From positions 59,275,190-59,339,189 of the forward strand of contig NC_068981.1 in NCBI RefSeq assembly GCF_001194135.2: DNA of 64,000 bases, in the 5' to 3' direction. The stretch's first letter is position 1, and every line of letters starts with the position of its first letter. This DNA is from Octopus bimaculoides (Eukaryota). Below, piece by piece: positions 40,265 through 54,519 of the stretch. The notes beneath the pieces are model-generated. The model had not been told where the DNA came from. It was given only the letters and a program-made list of their open reading frames with translations, and ran no database searches. The position numbers and the translations under genes are program-made.

Positions 40265-40610
40265 NNNNNNNNNNNNNNNNNNNNNNNNNNNNNNNNNNNN
40301 NNNNNNNNNNNNNNNNNNNNNNNNNNNNNNNNNNNNNNNNNNNNNNNNNNNNNNNNNNNNNNNNNNNNNNNNNNNNNNNNNNNNNNNNNNNNNNNNNNNN
40401 NNNNNNNNNNNNNNNNNNNNNNNNNNNNNNNNNNNNNNNNNNNNNNNNNNNNNNNNNNNNNNNNNNNNNNNNNNNNNNNNNNNNNNNNNNNNNNNNNNNN
40501 NCGTCTACCCTACCAAATCCACCCATAAGGCTTTAGTCGGCCCGAGGCTATGGTAGAAGACACTTGCACAAGGTGCCTCACAGTGAGACTGAACTCGGAA
40601 TCATGTGGTT
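40011..40610 (-). mobile_element. SINE family A (gap inside the internal microsatellite, head truncated)
   Basis: Reverse complement of the family A consensus on both sides of the 40266-40501 gap. Confidence 0.85.
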
Positions 40611-40621
40611 CATTTTCTTTG

Positions 40622-41073
40622 CCAAATAAACACACGCATTATATATTCGTTCTTCATTCGTTTATTACTGTTCTTATTCTAACTCATGTCCATTGTCTGG
40701 AAATCTTTCGTCACACATCTGTGACATCTACACCGACACATTCCGTCTTCGTGTGTGCTCTTGCTCTGCTTGTTCCATTCTCTTTAGCCTGGGTGTAAGT
40801 TCGACAGGCTGTGTGTCGACATTCTGCTGGACTTGTCCGTAGGGAAGCACACAACGTCCTTATTTTTTGTGCGCCGTATGAGTATACGCAGTCCACTTGC
40901 GGACTTCTTGCCGAGAATGAAATAAGCAGAACAAGAGTACACACGAAGACGGAAAGTGTCACTGAGGAGGTCACAGATATGTGTTGAAAGATTTCCAGAT
41001 AATGGACATGAGTTAGAATAAAAGCAGTAATAAACGAGTGACGAACGAATATATAGTGCCTGTGTTTATTTGG
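40622..41073. mobile_element. Foldback element: two 161-bp inverted arms around a 130-bp spacer
   Basis: Arm 40622-40782 aligns without gaps to the reverse complement of 40913-41073 (roughly 85-90% by eye). Outer ends are ccaaataaacac / gtgtttatttgg. No TSD seen. Confidence 0.9.
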
Positions 41074-41161
41074 GGAGGGGGGGAAATCCCACCCCGAAAT
41101 ACAACAATATCTGTTTCAACACGACTTCACATCAGGAATCTTACAACACAAATTCATAAAC

Positions 41162-41200
<39 letters not shown>

Positions 41201-41271
41201 CACACACACATTGTTATATTTTCATTATGTGATATTCTGCTCAACTCTATTATATAATGAAAACATAACAA

Positions 41272-41312
<41 letters not shown>

Positions 41313-41780
41313 CTTATTTGGATATGTACATGTACACACATACACAAACACATACATGCAAATGCGTACGTCTGTGTTCGTGTGTCTATGTGTTCAATTC
41401 AGATAATTTGCTACTTAAAACTACTATTTCTTTGATCAAATATAAAGAAAACTTCATATCAATGACGTTCTAACGAAATTAGTCAAGGGAGTCTATTATT
41501 ATGTATTAGGTGAGACAGCAGAACTTTATTATTTTCATTCCTTATCTGATCCAGTGAATAGGATATAGGCAAGTTAGTTATAAGAAAGAAAAAAAAAACT
41601 AAATATACCTGAAAATGTAAATTGAGGATAATATAATCAAAGATTGTTTGTGGTATATCCGTTCCTCAAACTTGTTTGAAAGAGAAAATACCAATATAAA
41701 GTATCTCATTAATCGTCTTTATCCATCTTAAACTCTGTAAATTATCTCTTAAATCGCCATCTCCGGACTCCTCCTTGTCC

Positions 41781-41885
41781 TCTTCTTCTTCTTCTTCTTC
41801 TTCTTCTTCTTCTTCTTCTTCTTCTTCTTCTTCTTCTTCTTCTTCTTCTTCTTCTTCTTCTTCTTCTTCTTCTTCTTCTTCTTCT
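41781..41885. repeat. (CTT)n microsatellite, about 35 units
   Basis: Direct reading of the sequence. Confidence 0.98.
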
Positions 41886-42408
41886 GCTCCTCCTTCTTTT
41901 ACTTCCCATTATCTTAGCACAATATTAGATAAGCGATGAAGATACAANNNNNNNNNNNNNNNNNNNNNNNNNNNNNNNNNNNNNNNNNNNNNNNNNNNNN
42001 NNNNNNNNNNNNNNNNNNNNNNNNNNNNNNNNNNNNNNNNNNNNNNNNNNNNNNNNNNNNNNNNNNNNNNNNNNNNNNNNNNNNNNNNNNNNNNNNNNNN
42101 NNNNNNNNNNNNNNNNNNNNNNNNNNNNNNNNNNNNNNNNNNNNNNNNNNNNNNNNNNNNNNNNNNNNNNNNNNNNNNNNNNNNNNNNNNNNNNNNNNNN
42201 NNNNNNNNNNNNNNNNNTACACACACAAATACTGTCTATTCTTGTCAATAAAGAAAATTCAACTGTTTACAATGAATGATTGATAATCGAAACTTAAATC
42301 TTACTGTTTGACTTCACAAGGACATAAAATATCTAGCGACCTAGAATCCAAAAGGTTAGCAGCTTCAATCCCGTTATTAATAAAGTTTATTTGAATGAAA
42401 CAGGCACT

Positions 42409-42741
42409 GACACTAGGAGCACTCCGTCGGTTGCGACGACGAGGGTCCCAGCTGATACGATCAACGGAACAGCTTGCTCGTGAAATTAACGTGCAGGTGA
42501 ATGAGCAATTCACAGACACGTGTACCCCTAACGTAATTCTCAGGGAGATTCAGCGTGACACAGAGTGTGACAAGGCCGGCCCTTTGAAATACAGGTACTA
42601 CTCATTTTTGCCAGCTGAGTGGGCTGGAGTAACGTGAAATAAAGTGTCATGCTCAAGGACACAACGCGTCGCCGGAAATTGAACTCACGACCTTACGATC
42701 GTGAGCCGAATGTCCTAACCACTAAGCCACGCGCCTTCACT
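42409..42741 (-). mobile_element. tRNA-derived SINE (head 2 + tail X), full length, 14-bp TSD
   Basis: Perfect A box tggcttagtgg and B-box-like gagttcaatttcc; the head resembles tRNA-Val(CAC). Direct repeat atgaaacaggcact at 42395-42408 and 42742-42755. Confidence 0.93.
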
Positions 42742-43955
42742 ATGAAACAGGCACTTACACCTAAATTGAAAAACCTACTATAGAAGAGTAGTGATGAATA
42801 AATTGATGAATGTTTTACTTTTTATTTGCATTACTGAGCTGAAATTCTATCCAAGAATATAAGATGGAAAGCACTATGATAAGGTCAAAAGATCTCATAC
42901 CATATTGATGGATGTATCTGCTTGATTTTATATTTCGCACAGACTTGCATGTGTGATGCTATCATAGATTGATTTATAGTTTGAGGTAGTTACAAGAATC
43001 TATAATTTGATTTGAGCAACCTGGTCTGAGATAGAATATTGGAGCAGATATCTCCCGATTTCTTGTATAATCTACTGTAAACTTACGAAACAATCCTTAA
43101 TGAAGTAATGCTTCTTGGGCTAGTGGGATTTCCATATTTTGTGAGTTAAGAAAAATGTAATTGTATAAAAGTCACAAGACTTTTTTAAGGCTAGTGTATA
43201 GATCAAGTTTCAAGAAAATTCTCAAATGGAAATACCACGGGTTTTTACAGGTAATGTGCTTAGATAATGAGTTCTGTTAATTATTTATGACAGCTACTTG
43301 AGTAAAGAGGACCAAGACTGAATTTGAACTCAACCTATGTCTTATAGTAGCTGTTAGGTGGACAGATTTATATATTTTGAACGTAATTACAGCGTGACAG
43401 TATTAAAGCCTTTGCGTCTCCACGGCAAACGGGATAAGTTTAGGACTAACAAAATCTGTTAAAGGATGAAGCCAGTATACTAAAAGAAGTATTTATCAGG
43501 TTCTTTTTCGATGAACTGATTAATGAGTTGGAAGGTTTTTAATGAAGTTAAAGAAATCAATACATGCAAATTCGATCCCGTTTGGTACAAATTCAAGCCT
43601 GCACAGTACTTATTAAATATATCGATTTTTAAAATCCATACAGTTTATATAACTTAAATAACTTCATCATATAAATTTACAGATTTCATTTTGACGAATA
43701 ATGTTTACGCTCAGTTTTCATTCTTATTTGTACCAATTTTAAATTCGCTAACGTCATTAAAATTACAAGAATTCTACAAAGGCGAGACAAAAGATTGAAA
43801 CATTTGCATACAAGCTAGTTTGTGACGTGTATGTCCCGTGCCCGAAGTAGTTCAAGACGTGGAAGGTAGCCACTGCCGTTCGTAGTATCATGATAGTAGG
43901 TGCACTGACAGGTTGTGCGTTGCTTCACTCCGTATGTGGTATGAATGCCGCACAG

Positions 43956-45093
43956 ATGAACGTGCAACGTAGTCTAATTCGAGAAATTATGCTTTACGAG
44001 TTTGAACTGGGCCATAATACTGCGGAGGCAACCAAAAACATTTGTTGTACGGAAGATGAAAGCGCAGTTGATCATAGTACAATAACCAGATGGTTCGAGA
44101 AATTGGGGTTGTAAGAACCTCGACGATCAAACAAGGTCAGGTAGGAATAAAATCGTGGTTTCGAGGCCGTGATCCAAACGATTGTGACAAATCGGTGAGT
44201 AGCACTCGGAGAGTAGCACTCGTAGAGTAGCACTCGTAGAGTAGCACTCGTAGAATAGCACTCGTAGAGTAGCACTCGTAGAGTAGCACTCGGAGAGTAT
44301 CAAGTGAGCTCGGTGTCTAACAGTCCAGTGTGGTTCGTCACCTACACGACCTCGGCAAAAGTATCTAGAGCTGCCGAATTTTACCTCATAAACTGACCCC
44401 AGTTCTATAACTGAGGTGAGTGGATGTTTCTAAGGAACTGGAAAACCCGCACTATCTGCGTTTCCTCAAGAAAATAAGAACGTGCGATGAAAAGTAAATA
44501 TTTTCCTGTAATCCTAGCGTGCATAATCAGTGGTTAAGCAAGGGAACCTCTTACCAAACATGTGTCTGGTGGAATTGTGAGAGAAAAATTCACGAAGAGT
44601 TAGTTTCGAACGGTCGAACCATCGATGCCAATCGGTATTTCAAACAGCTGGTAAGATTTATGCCATAGTGCGGCCAAAATACCCGGTATTAGTTAACAAA
44701 AAGCAAACTCTCCTGCAATAACACAACGCAAGACCTCATACTGCTTGAAAAACCCGGAGTAAACTCTAGGAACGTGAATGAAACGAACAGATGCCACAGC
44801 CAGTATGCAATCTGGATCTAGCTTCCTCGGATTATTTCTTGTTCCAATCCAATCGCCTTGTACTCGAGACGCTTCATCAATTAAGAGGAGGTGAAAAGTT
44901 TTAGTAAAAGAGTTCTTCGTCCCGAAGGACAAGAACTGGTATTAACGTGGTATGAAAGACCTGGCTGAAAGGTGGCTTCAAACTGTGCAACTTGATGGCC
45001 TCTACTTTGAATGCTAGTTAGCTTTTGTTGTAACTTGACCAATAAAGCAAATGAATTGCTATAATATTGCAAAACTTTTGACTCAGTCAAATA
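43956..45093 (+). mobile_element. Decayed mariner (DD34D) transposon
   Basis: HTH region MNVQRSLIREIMLYEFELGHNTAEATKNIC..VDHSTITRWF, first Asp in FLKKIRTCDEK, then CVWWN-like, NARPH, DLASSDYFLF and C-terminal AERWLQTVQLDGLYFEC* (stop 45015-45017). TIR-like 'gcaaaacttttgactcagtcaaata' ends at 45093. The left TIR was not recognised. Confidence 0.88.
44197..44299. repeat. 14-bp minisatellite (gagtagcactcgKa) x7.4 inside the mariner transposase
   Basis: Seven complete units from 44197 to 44294 plus a partial unit. Confidence 0.97.
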
Positions 45094-46027
45094 TGCATCA
45101 AAGTACATCCAATACTCTTATAAAAGTACATGCTAGATAATGTACTTCGAGGTTGCATTATTTTTGGAAACACAAAGAAGGGAGGTTTATGGCTTAAACG
45201 CTTTTTGATCATGCGGCTTCTAGAGTAGGACCAAATTATGACTAAACAACACAAACATGTGTGCTTCATAATTTTACCTGTCAGTTATAAATCTAAAACC
45301 TTGTACCTATAACACCAAATCATTTCTTTCTCTGAGAAGTTTTGAAATCTTCATAATTACTAAATATTCAAAGTATTTCACAAAAAGCTGTCTTTGAATA
45401 CGCATTTTTTAAAAGTATTATATTGGTCTTTATCATTATCAATAAATATACCAATGAACGTGATTATGGATTTCTTCGTAAGGCAGTGTAAACCGAGGTC
45501 TTATAGAAATAATCGCTGAAACTAATTTATATTATGCTTGTTACATGGATCATTAATCTGTCAAATCACAGTTAAAGTGTGAACGGCACTCTAAAGAAAT
45601 TGTAATTGTCCTTTATTTAATTTTTTTTTTACCACTACAAGAAATATAAAATGTTAGAAATTTTTATGGGATTACTTTGCAAAATTAGTTTGGTAATTAA
45701 TTCTATTACGTAATTGCTTTATAAATTTCTCAGATGGAAAATGCATGAAATCACAAAAGGTTTAGTGATCAGTGATAATATAATATTTGACTCATCTTTT
45801 GAATATCTTTTAGCCTAAGGTAGAAGGACATTGACCTTCGATAACTGGTGTCATCGAAACTTCTTTTTAATTCGTTGCATTCACTTGAAAAGTTTATTGA
45901 TGATACTCATCAGAATGTGATGTGAGAATTTAATAAACCTAATCACCGGATATGCAAGAAAACTTGAGAAGTTTCTTCAGCTAAATCTAAGATTACGAAC
46001 ATTTCATCAATTACGAAACCTAGAAAA

Positions 46028-46210
46028 GGGTGGTGAATGGTAGAACTGGGAGGTGCCACGAACTCAATTACCTTGTAGTATTTACTCTCAATCTTATAGG
46101 ACTTGAGGTCAAATCCTGCATTGGTTGACATCTTCTTTCCCTTTACTTGCCTTGATTAATAAATACCAGTATTTTAATGACACAGATTCACCCATATTGC
46201 AACCCCCACC
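46028..46210 (+). mobile_element. Old SINE family C-like copy
   Basis: 'ggtggtgaatggtagaac...gaggtcaaatcctgc...gttgacatc...ccttgattaataaataccagt' follows the family C layout. Confidence 0.45.
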
Positions 46211-49200
46211 CCAAAAAAAAGAACAAGAAGAATAATGCATAATAGATTTATAATATCTTACTTGAAGGTGTTGAAAATGGAGATTTATTTGTTGTTATCA
46301 AACTTATAGGTAATGGGACAAAGTCAAGTGGATCAACCATAGTACATATTTCTGCAGTATTTCTCAGAAAAAGTGACTTAAAATGAACTTGAGCAAGACT
46401 GAGTACAGCTGGATGGAGTAAAGTAATATTCACTCATACTGAAAGACAGACTGAAGTATATATGTGCAACATGAATGAAATAAAAGGGCGGATTCGTTCC
46501 GCCCAGAGCTTATCACTTGCACTGAATAGCTGAAAGGTTATGCATAGATATAAATGAAAAAAAAATATCTAATTTTAGTAGATATCTTATGCATAAGTCG
46601 CTTCTTTTAGCGAGATATTTAAAATATTTGAATGCCTAATGCTTAAGATTAAAATGAATCTCATTAAAGACTATGTCTCAAACTAGCGTATTTATAGAAA
46701 AGAAGTCTGGCAGAATCCATCCAATTTAGGATTTAAGTTTAGTCCTGTCAATTTTGAAACACTTAATAATTACATTTTGTTATAACTCCATGTGCAGCCT
46801 TGTACTACCGTGCAAGCATAAAACCTAAGCTTTTCAGCAGATGTGCCACCACTCAATAAACTCTTTTTATTGTATTTCACATAAGTAACTTTCAATGCGT
46901 ATGTTACATATGTTACGTATGTTACATACACACAGACACAGACACAGACACAGACACACACACACACACATCTGTGTGTGCGTGCGTGCGTGTGAGCACA
47001 TATGTAAAACCATTGTTGTGTTTGTGATCTGCTCAAGGATGCTTAATGGAGTCGATTTGCTGAATGAAATTTCCAGTGGTAATACGATCACTTCTTAAGA
47101 ATCAAATCACGAAAGGAGACTGAACGTTTTATGGAGTGTCCTAAAATAATAACAAAAAAAAAAAAGAAAGAAAACAAGGTGAAGAGCGAATAGATGTGAA
47201 GAAGTAGAGCTGAGAAACCGGATGGCAACGAAAATCACTAAAGCCAAAATTTCATATTTGCATTGTTATAAAAGCAATATACTTTTTTGATTATGAATCA
47301 TTAGCGGGTCGGAGAAAATATTGAAAGTCGGTACTATTTCCTGAATACTGCTAGAGAACGTTCTCTTAGTGAACCATAAAAAACCTTTTTAATGTGCATT
47401 TCACTGAAACTAGTTTATCATACGGCTGTCTTTTGCAGGCCATATACCAAATGAGAATAATTTATGTGATGTTATCAACCAGATGCTGCATACAACGGAT
47501 ATAAAAAGATAGGTTAACTGATAAAGTATCCAAACACATACGACAGACCTTTTTTTGATAACATAGGTTGAGAAAAAAAACAAAAGTAGCAAATTTTAAT
47601 GAACTTTAATCATCTCTTATAAAAGATAGTGACTTGATAAATTCTAACGACTCACCCCTCTTCAAAATAAACCTCTACAACAATGAACAATAGATATTAT
47701 CTGAAATGCCCTGACTGTTCTTCAAGAAGATATTCTATTCAGATTTGTAAATTAAATCTTACTTGCGACACAATAGAGTGAAGATAATTAATAATGTTGA
47801 TGATGGTGATGGCGACGATGATGATAACGATAGTAATTACTCTCGGAGCATTGATGAAAATCATCATTTTCATTCTCACTCGTCCAGCTCATCACTATAT
47901 TCATAACCAACCCCCATCTTTCTCCTTCTCCTCTTCTTATACATCATCATCATCATCATCGTCATCATCATCATCATCATCATTAACATTGTTGGTCTGA
48001 CCACTATAAGATATAAGCATTTCTCATATTTCTCCGCAGCTATTTCTTATTAATTCATGCAGTTTGTCCCGTCATTTACTTTTCTGTTTGACATGACATC
48101 GTGTTTGTTTGAGCGGTTTCCATTGCATCATTAAGTTTACACAACTGCCTTCATTCATTCTCACTTCATGTTCTGTACATTCCTGTTTCATATGCTACTT
48201 GTTGTTTTCCCGTGTATCTGAATGTGAGTGCTACGATCATTCCATTTGATATCCAAAATGTTCCCTTTGATGACAAGTTATATTCACAATTTTCGTGGTG
48301 AATATAAGTTTCAGTAGCCATGCGTCACAATTAGTATGATTCAATATCTACTCAACAGTTAAATACAGAGTCATTTTACATATTAAGATATGAACCAACA
48401 AGGCTCGTTTGCAAGAAATAGAATCATATCCCCTTTAAATATTGCTTCATGTTCTTCAAAAGAGAAAAGACGCGTTGGAAAATGTAGTCTTTGATATATT
48501 GTCAGAATAAAAACGATTGGGACACCGAGGGAAAATGGGACTAATCAATGTAAAGATAAACTGTACGTTCCAAGCTCAAGTTATTATTTATTCTTAATAA
48601 TAATATACTATAAATTGCTTTAACTAGATTGATACAAAAATATAGTTACTTTAAGAATATTTCAATTTAGATTCGAATGATCAATCTGAGAATCTTGGAA
48701 TTTGAAGGGATTTTCAAGGAAGTAAAAGGTGTGTAAGTAAAGCATAATCTAGTTAGTCAGACCACGTGTGTGTAATGAAATACCAGAGCAAAAATCTTTA
48801 TGGTGACTAACGATTGTCCCAAGAATAATTGGTACTTCCATAATATAATTCAAACAAATTTATACGGCAAAATTTTGAAGAACATTCCATTGAGAGCTAC
48901 AATATGTGACCGGAATGAATCCCAGATTTTAATATATTAGTATAAATATTATCAGATGTATCTTACTCCAGAAAGTTAAGAGAGTCAAGCCTATCGCACT
49001 ACTGTGTAAGGAAGCACACAATCATACATACAAACATACATACTTCTACACACACATATATGTATGTAAATACATATAGACCGACACACACGTGTATATA
49101 TATNNNNNNNNNNNNNNNNNNNNNNNNNNNNNNNNNNNNNNNNNNNNNNNNNNNNNNNNNNNNNNNNNNNNNNNNNNNNNNNNNNNNNNNNNNNNNNNNN

Positions 49201-51390
49201 NNNNNNNNNNNNNNNNNNNNNNNNNNNNNNNNNNNNNNNNNNNNNNNNNNNNNNNNNNNNNNNNNNNNNNNNNNNNNNNNNNNNNNNNNNNNNNNNNNNN
49301 NNNNNNNNNNNNNNNNNNNNNNNNNNNNNNNNNNNNNNNNNNNNNNNNNNNNNNNNNNNNNNNNNNNNNNNNNNNNNNNNNNNNNNNNNNNNNNNNNNNN
49401 NNNNNNNNNNNNNNNNNNNNNNNNNNNNNNNNNNNNNNNNNNNNNNNNNNNNNNNNNNNNNNNNNNNNNNNNNNNNNNNNNNNNNNNCCTACCTGCCTAC
49501 CTACCTAACTACATACATACATACAAGCATACATACACATATGCACACATACACACGTGTAAACACACACATGCATACTTTAGTCAGTACAGCATAAATA
49601 TAGCTGGGATATGTTAATTATGTACTATGTAATCTTACTTGTTAGACACAGATGCTATACTAACGCAAGTTTATTTTTGAAATGAGAAAGAGCTGCGCGC
49701 ATATCAGAAATACTATAAGTTTTCTAGCACAATATACCAGTGGGAAGATAAAGTCAAGGCAACTAAGCTTATATAAGAAATGGCTGAAGAGATCGCCAGA
49801 GTGACTCAGGCCATAAAACACTTTTTCAGATGTTTGCACTACAACATGGCTAATAATCTAGGGTAATTGAATGATGCCACCCACATCAGTGGACCTCATT
49901 AGTTTGCTGTCGCCATCTTTGAAAATGTGGATATGGTTACTTATGTCTTCCATACCTCATCTGAATAACTGAAAACATGCTACTAAACACACTCACAAAG
50001 ACGTGCAATATACCCATGTCTACATTATTGCAAGTGCATTAATTTGTCCGACTTCATTTGCTCCTTGACATTTCGGTCATGCTTTTCATCTTAAAGGAGT
50101 CCAGAAATCAGCCTCTTTATCACACTGTTTTCACGGATATATATATATATATATANNNNNNNNNNNNNNNNNNNNNNNNNNNNNNNNNNNNNNNNNNNNN
50201 NNNNNNNNNNNNNNNNNNNNNNNNNNNNNNNNNNNNNNNNNNNNNNNNNNNNNNNNNNNNNNNNNNNNNNNNNNNNNNNNNNNNNNNNNNNNNNNNNNNN
50301 NNNNNNNNNNNNNNNNNNNNNNNNNNNNNNNNNNNNNNNNNNNNNNNNNNNNNNNNNNNNNNNNNNNNNNNNNNNNNNNNNNNNNNNNNNNNNNNNNNNN
50401 NNNNNNNNNNNNNNNNNNNNNNNNNNNNNNNNNNNNNNNNNNNNNNNNNNNNNNNNNNNNNNNNNNNNNNNNNNNNNNACACACACACACACACGCACAC
50501 ACACACACACACACACGCACACACACACACACACACACACACCATATTGCCTGAATGAACAAAGAGAACATACTTTAGCGATTCGTTCTTAAAGTTTGAT
50601 GTTATGGGAATAAGAATTAATGCACAATACGTTAATATCTTCACGACTGAAATTTAATCAATACGGCAGATTAATCTGTCATATGATAGGGTAGTTGACA
50701 AGCAAAACTATTTGACGAGTAAAAGATAACAGTATTTCGTTAGCTGTAATTCTTCGTTGAGTTTAATAGATTTTTATTTTGTTTTTGTGTTCAAATAAAT
50801 ATGATAATGTCAACTAACAACGATGACTAGATGACCAAATGGTAGTTACAGAAAGCAAATGACAAGGCAAAGTATGTATATCTTCGTGCGTTCTTGGTAA
50901 TTTCGAATACGCCAAATACATAAGAAACATTCAGTGTTTAAATGTTTCGTATTGAAATAAATAATACACTCATAAGTTCATGACCATCGTACCAGTCTGT
51001 TTTATAATAAAGGCGCAAGATCTCTGCCAATGCCATAGATCGTACCCAAACTCTGAAGAAATATCTTCGGCAAATGTTATGTAATGGAGTCATTTATATA
51101 TTTCTTGTTATCCGATCTAAGTGTATCCTGAATAGATAATGCACTAACGCATTTAAGACTGTTGAAGGTGTACAAGGGGCTGTTGACTGACTGGATTTAC
51201 TTCTACGATTTACCAACTTCTTTCAGTTCACTTCCTAAATAGGTTCTATATCGCATACCCTGTGCACTATATATGTTTGCGAAGAAGCGTGGATCTCACA
51301 AAATTAAAGAATATAGCACAAACTCACCCCTAAGCAAAAATAACAAACTGTATGCCTAATGTGTGTGTGTATGTGTGTGTGTGTGTGTGT

Positions 51391-51428
<38 letters not shown>

Positions 51429-53519
51429 TCACACGACACATGACTCTGAGTGCAGTTCTATGTAGTAAGCGAGGTTTGTTAGAACTTATAAACAACGATT
51501 GTCACTGTTAAAAATAAGGCGTTCTTAATGCATTTTGGGTAGAAGTACCTGTTTATTGTATGTTTCACACTTAACTTTAACCCAGCACATTAACCTAAAG
51601 GAAATATTCATACAATATGTAATTTACTCCATGGTTATAATGCTACATAATTTTTGTCGATCTGAAAAAAATACGTGAAATTTTAATTTTGTAATCAAGA
51701 AGACTGTACCGCATCTTTAGCAGATATTTTCGGCTGTCAGGCTACAATCAGAACAAATCAGTCAGCGGAATCTTTCGGTAAAGTTAAACAAGTTTGACAT
51801 TTCAAAAATAACGTGTAGTTATGGAGGGATTGCTAGAATACAAAAGTTGTGTTGTTTGGAGAAGAATAACTGTTAAAATTGTTTAATGTAGTGATTGGAA
51901 CAGTATAAAATTGACTCCGGCTAAGAAGGAAGTTAAATAAGTTGTTGTTGTTTAACTCATACAAGCATATCTTACAAATTAATCTTGTGATTTAATTCTT
52001 TCCAGTTATAACCCAGATTATATCCTATCCTTATTAGATTTATTTCATGGATTACATTATCCTATGTATTTGCATTTACCAAGACAGTAAGTTGTGAGTT
52101 GAGGAAGATTTGGCAGTTATATTTAGTAGGTTCACAATACTTCCTCGTTTGTTCATGTGAAAGGATGTAATATCTAATGACAGAGGTTTTGACAATGAAG
52201 TTACTTTTAGAAGAACAAAAGCTTTCAATTGAGTTTGTACCATTATATACTGCTGGAACAAACACGCGCACACATACTCTCTCTCCCACGCTATCCACAT
52301 ACAAACACAGAAAGGGGGAGAGAAAAAGAAAGCAGTATGCTTAGAGAGTGAATCAAAAAATGCAGTCTATTGTCACTCGATCTGATAGCATTAACAGTGA
52401 AATCACTCTAGCTCACACCGCACACCTTTGAAAGACGAAAGAGACATTAGGTAATGTGCTTGTACATAATCTCTGTCGGAGGGAGATGGTTACGACTGGA
52501 AGGCTTTCGATCATAGGTCTGCTTGATTAAAGTCGACAGTACCAAACTTGTATTCACCTCTTTTTTGTATATCTTAAACAAGAGATTTGGAACTAAAAAC
52601 GAAAGAAGAAAAATACCGAAACACGTGAAGCATGCCTTTTCTTCATTTACCTATTTTTATTTTACTGAATAAAACCGAATGGAAACTAGCATTCACTCCA
52701 TTTCCGATTACGATTGGAACCTCATATTTGCACGTCTAAAAAAGTTGCGCTAAAGGAAATTAATTGTGTTTTCATTTGTGTAAAAATTCGAGTTAGATAG
52801 CAATGAAATCGTGCCAAAGTTGAAGACATATTTAAATTAGGATTAAGATTGTTTTAAAGAACTATTACTTCATTCTTCTGTTGTCTAAATAAATATCATC
52901 TAGTAATTTTATCCATGATACTGAGCTTAATGTTTAGAATTTCTCACTTCCGACATAAACAGAGCACGAATACAGCAACAGAAAACAAAGAGATCAAACA
53001 AGTTATTAAGAATAACATCCAGAGTTACGCCAATGACATATGATCATTGTCAATATAATCTAAATATACACACAATTTGCGCCATTGCTGTGATTATTAT
53101 CATCATCCTCGTCACCACCACCACCACCACCACCACCACCACCACCACCATTATTATGTTGCTGTCGTTACTTCTTGTATTGGTAAGACATTTTCATTTG
53201 TGCTCTACGCTGCGGATTATATTTTATCGAATTTAACAAAAATTTGCTCTCTATTTCTGCGTTTTATTGTACTGAATAGTATTGAAAGAAATGAGGGCTT
53301 TTCTTATTTATCCTTTCCTCGAGAATATTTATGGAAAAATAAAAATTTTGAAAATATCTTCTTCGCTAAACGACATTAAATAAACGAGATCGGTTAGACA
53401 CACACACTCATCCTTTACAACAACGACAACAACAACAACAACAACAACAACAGCAACAACCCCAAAACATTTGCACAAATGTCATGAAAAAAATACGAAT
53501 GAAATTATGAACATTAACA

Positions 53520-53620
53520 AACATGGTATTCAAGATCGAATGCGTGGAGAAGCAACAAGCAAAGATTGTGTAGATACACTCATGCTCAAAGACTCATACT
53601 GCAATACACTAGACAACAGG
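53520..53620 (+). mobile_element. Possible RTE ORF C-terminal remnant
   Basis: HGIQDRMRGEATSKDCVDTLMLKD loosely resembles RTE HG.R.RGRP..TY.DTL..D. Short and weak. Confidence 0.3.
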
Positions 53621-54346
53621 GTTGAGAGTCACGTTCACTTGCAGAGATATTGAGTGGATGTCATTGTTGTGGTGCAATGTGGACTAGGAGTGAGTGCAAC
53701 GCTGACGAAAACGTATGGAAGAGTCTGGAGGAATCAGTATGAACTTTAGTGTCCCAGTGACTCTTCTCCAAGCCACAGGGCTTGATATTTGCCTTGGGTG
53801 GGTAAAACATCTGCAATAAGTATTGCTGGACAGACAGCCCAGCTGTTAGGTTAAGATGGGAGCAATTGACAGCTGAATATAAGTGACAGGATAGAAGAGG
53901 AAAAGTCATCAAATGAAGAAGAAAGGTAAATCTAAACAGAAAGCGTTGAAAACACCGTGTCCATGAAACACCTTAAGTGATATCTGTTCCCATGGAGTTG
54001 GTACACTGCAGAAAGCTCTGAAGTAAAAAACATAAACTGCTTAATTTTATGATTGATCTGAGAAAAAAATAAAACCACAATTGTGTTGCTGGAGTGCAAT
54101 TTCCTATGCCTCTTTCAAGAACACCCATAAGGTTATTGATAAACCATAAGCTTTTGATCTAAAAGTTGGTAAAAATCAATTTCTCACGTGATACTGAGTT
54201 CCCCAAGGTACAACCAACCAAAGAAAAAAGCTTACAGGTGCCCTTTGGGACACCTGTTTATATTACAACTCATTACAAGTGAGTAGACTCATGGATTAAT
54301 GATCATTATTTATTCTGCATATACGTTTCAAATAGAATTCTAATGT

Positions 54347-54483
54347 AGGCGTAGAGATATGGTAAGAAGCTTCAGTCCCACTGCATGGCACCTTGGGCAA
54401 TTGTCTTCTGCTATATCCTCGGGCCACCAAAGCCTTCTTAGTGGATTTGGTAAACGGAAACTGAAAGAAGCCTGTCGTAAATG

Positions 54484-54519
<36 letters not shown>

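Noticed and set aside
44197-44299. Short regular repeat array that could be mistaken for CRISPR
   Set aside because: Head-to-tail units with no spacers, inside a eukaryotic mariner; no cas genes.
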